A stretch of 15,503 nucleotides of DNA, from IMG/VR virus record IMGVR_UViG_2579778894_000014, positions 1-15,503 of that record; one strand, given 5' to 3'. Source of the stretch: a virus. Taxonomy: Duplodnaviria > Heunggongvirae > Uroviricota > Caudoviricetes. The position numbers and the translations under genes were made by a program. Each line of letters starts with the position of its first letter. The stretch's first letter is position 1. The notes beneath the pieces are model-generated. The model worked only from the letters and a program-made list of their open reading frames with translations. It did no database searches and had not been told where the DNA came from. Of this stretch, positions 15,406 through 15,503 are shown one piece after another.

Positions 15406-15503
15406 GTAAGCGACTCGTCAGAACCGTATTGATATTTACTGAGAGCTCAGATCAACTTTCCAGGGCAACAGATCGCGTACCCGGTTTGCCGGCCAGTCCT
15501 GGA

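Noticed and set aside
15447-15503. Possible 3' end of a minus-strand gene entering from the right edge
   Set aside because: Only ~18 codons visible and the frame cannot be validated.
1-15503. Scanned for tRNA/tmRNA cloverleaves, CRISPR repeat-spacer arrays, IS-element terminal inverted repeats with transposase, and integrase/att sites
   Set aside because: None found by eye. The GGGCCC-bracketed structure near 2185-2239 is too short for a tRNA, and the iteron array has irregular spacing and no spacer-like unique units. Integration and excision functions must lie outside this window.

Overview
This window is an internal slice of a temperate lambdoid-type prophage from an enterobacterial host; the endolysin is nearly identical to phage lambda R. 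All calls are by eye from the sequence and the ORF track, with no database searches run. Layout, left to right: (1) 1-2173, late genes on the minus strand: holin, R endolysin, Rz i-spanin with an embedded Rz1-like o-spanin (absent from the ORF track), small terminase and the start of the large terminase. (2) 2174-3400, late control region: Q-family antiterminator, an unknown 113-aa ORF and two minus-strand intrinsic terminators ahead of the holin. (3) 3440-6460: a small zinc-ribbon ORF, a ~330-bp array of ten GGTGAC hexamers mirror-symmetric about position ~3854 (candidate replication origin), a 753-aa primase-like replication protein and a Cro-like HTH gene. (4) 6456-7400, immunity switch: divergent operator region, CI-type LexA-like repressor, terminator, then a strong sigma70-like promoter followed by a boxA-like sequence. 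(5) 7400-8400: a structured apparently non-coding leader and a 172-aa coiled-coil/zinc-ribbon ORF convergent with the early transcript. (6) 8421-14976, early-left operon: small membrane ORF, 300-aa unknown, DUF2800-like nuclease, DUF2815-like protein, family A DNA polymerase and a terminal 253-aa protein with a TIR-like C-terminal domain. A strongly AT-rich, reverse-oriented membrane-protein gene (11411-12040) is inserted between the DUF2815 and polymerase genes. (7) 15000-15503: terminator, inverted repeats and a small Cys/His ORF. No rRNA, tRNA, CRISPR array or IS element was recognised. The best candidates for undescribed accessory or defence functions are the TIR-like protein, the AT-rich membrane moron and the cI-adjacent 172-aa ORF; the symmetric iteron array is the most striking non-coding structure.
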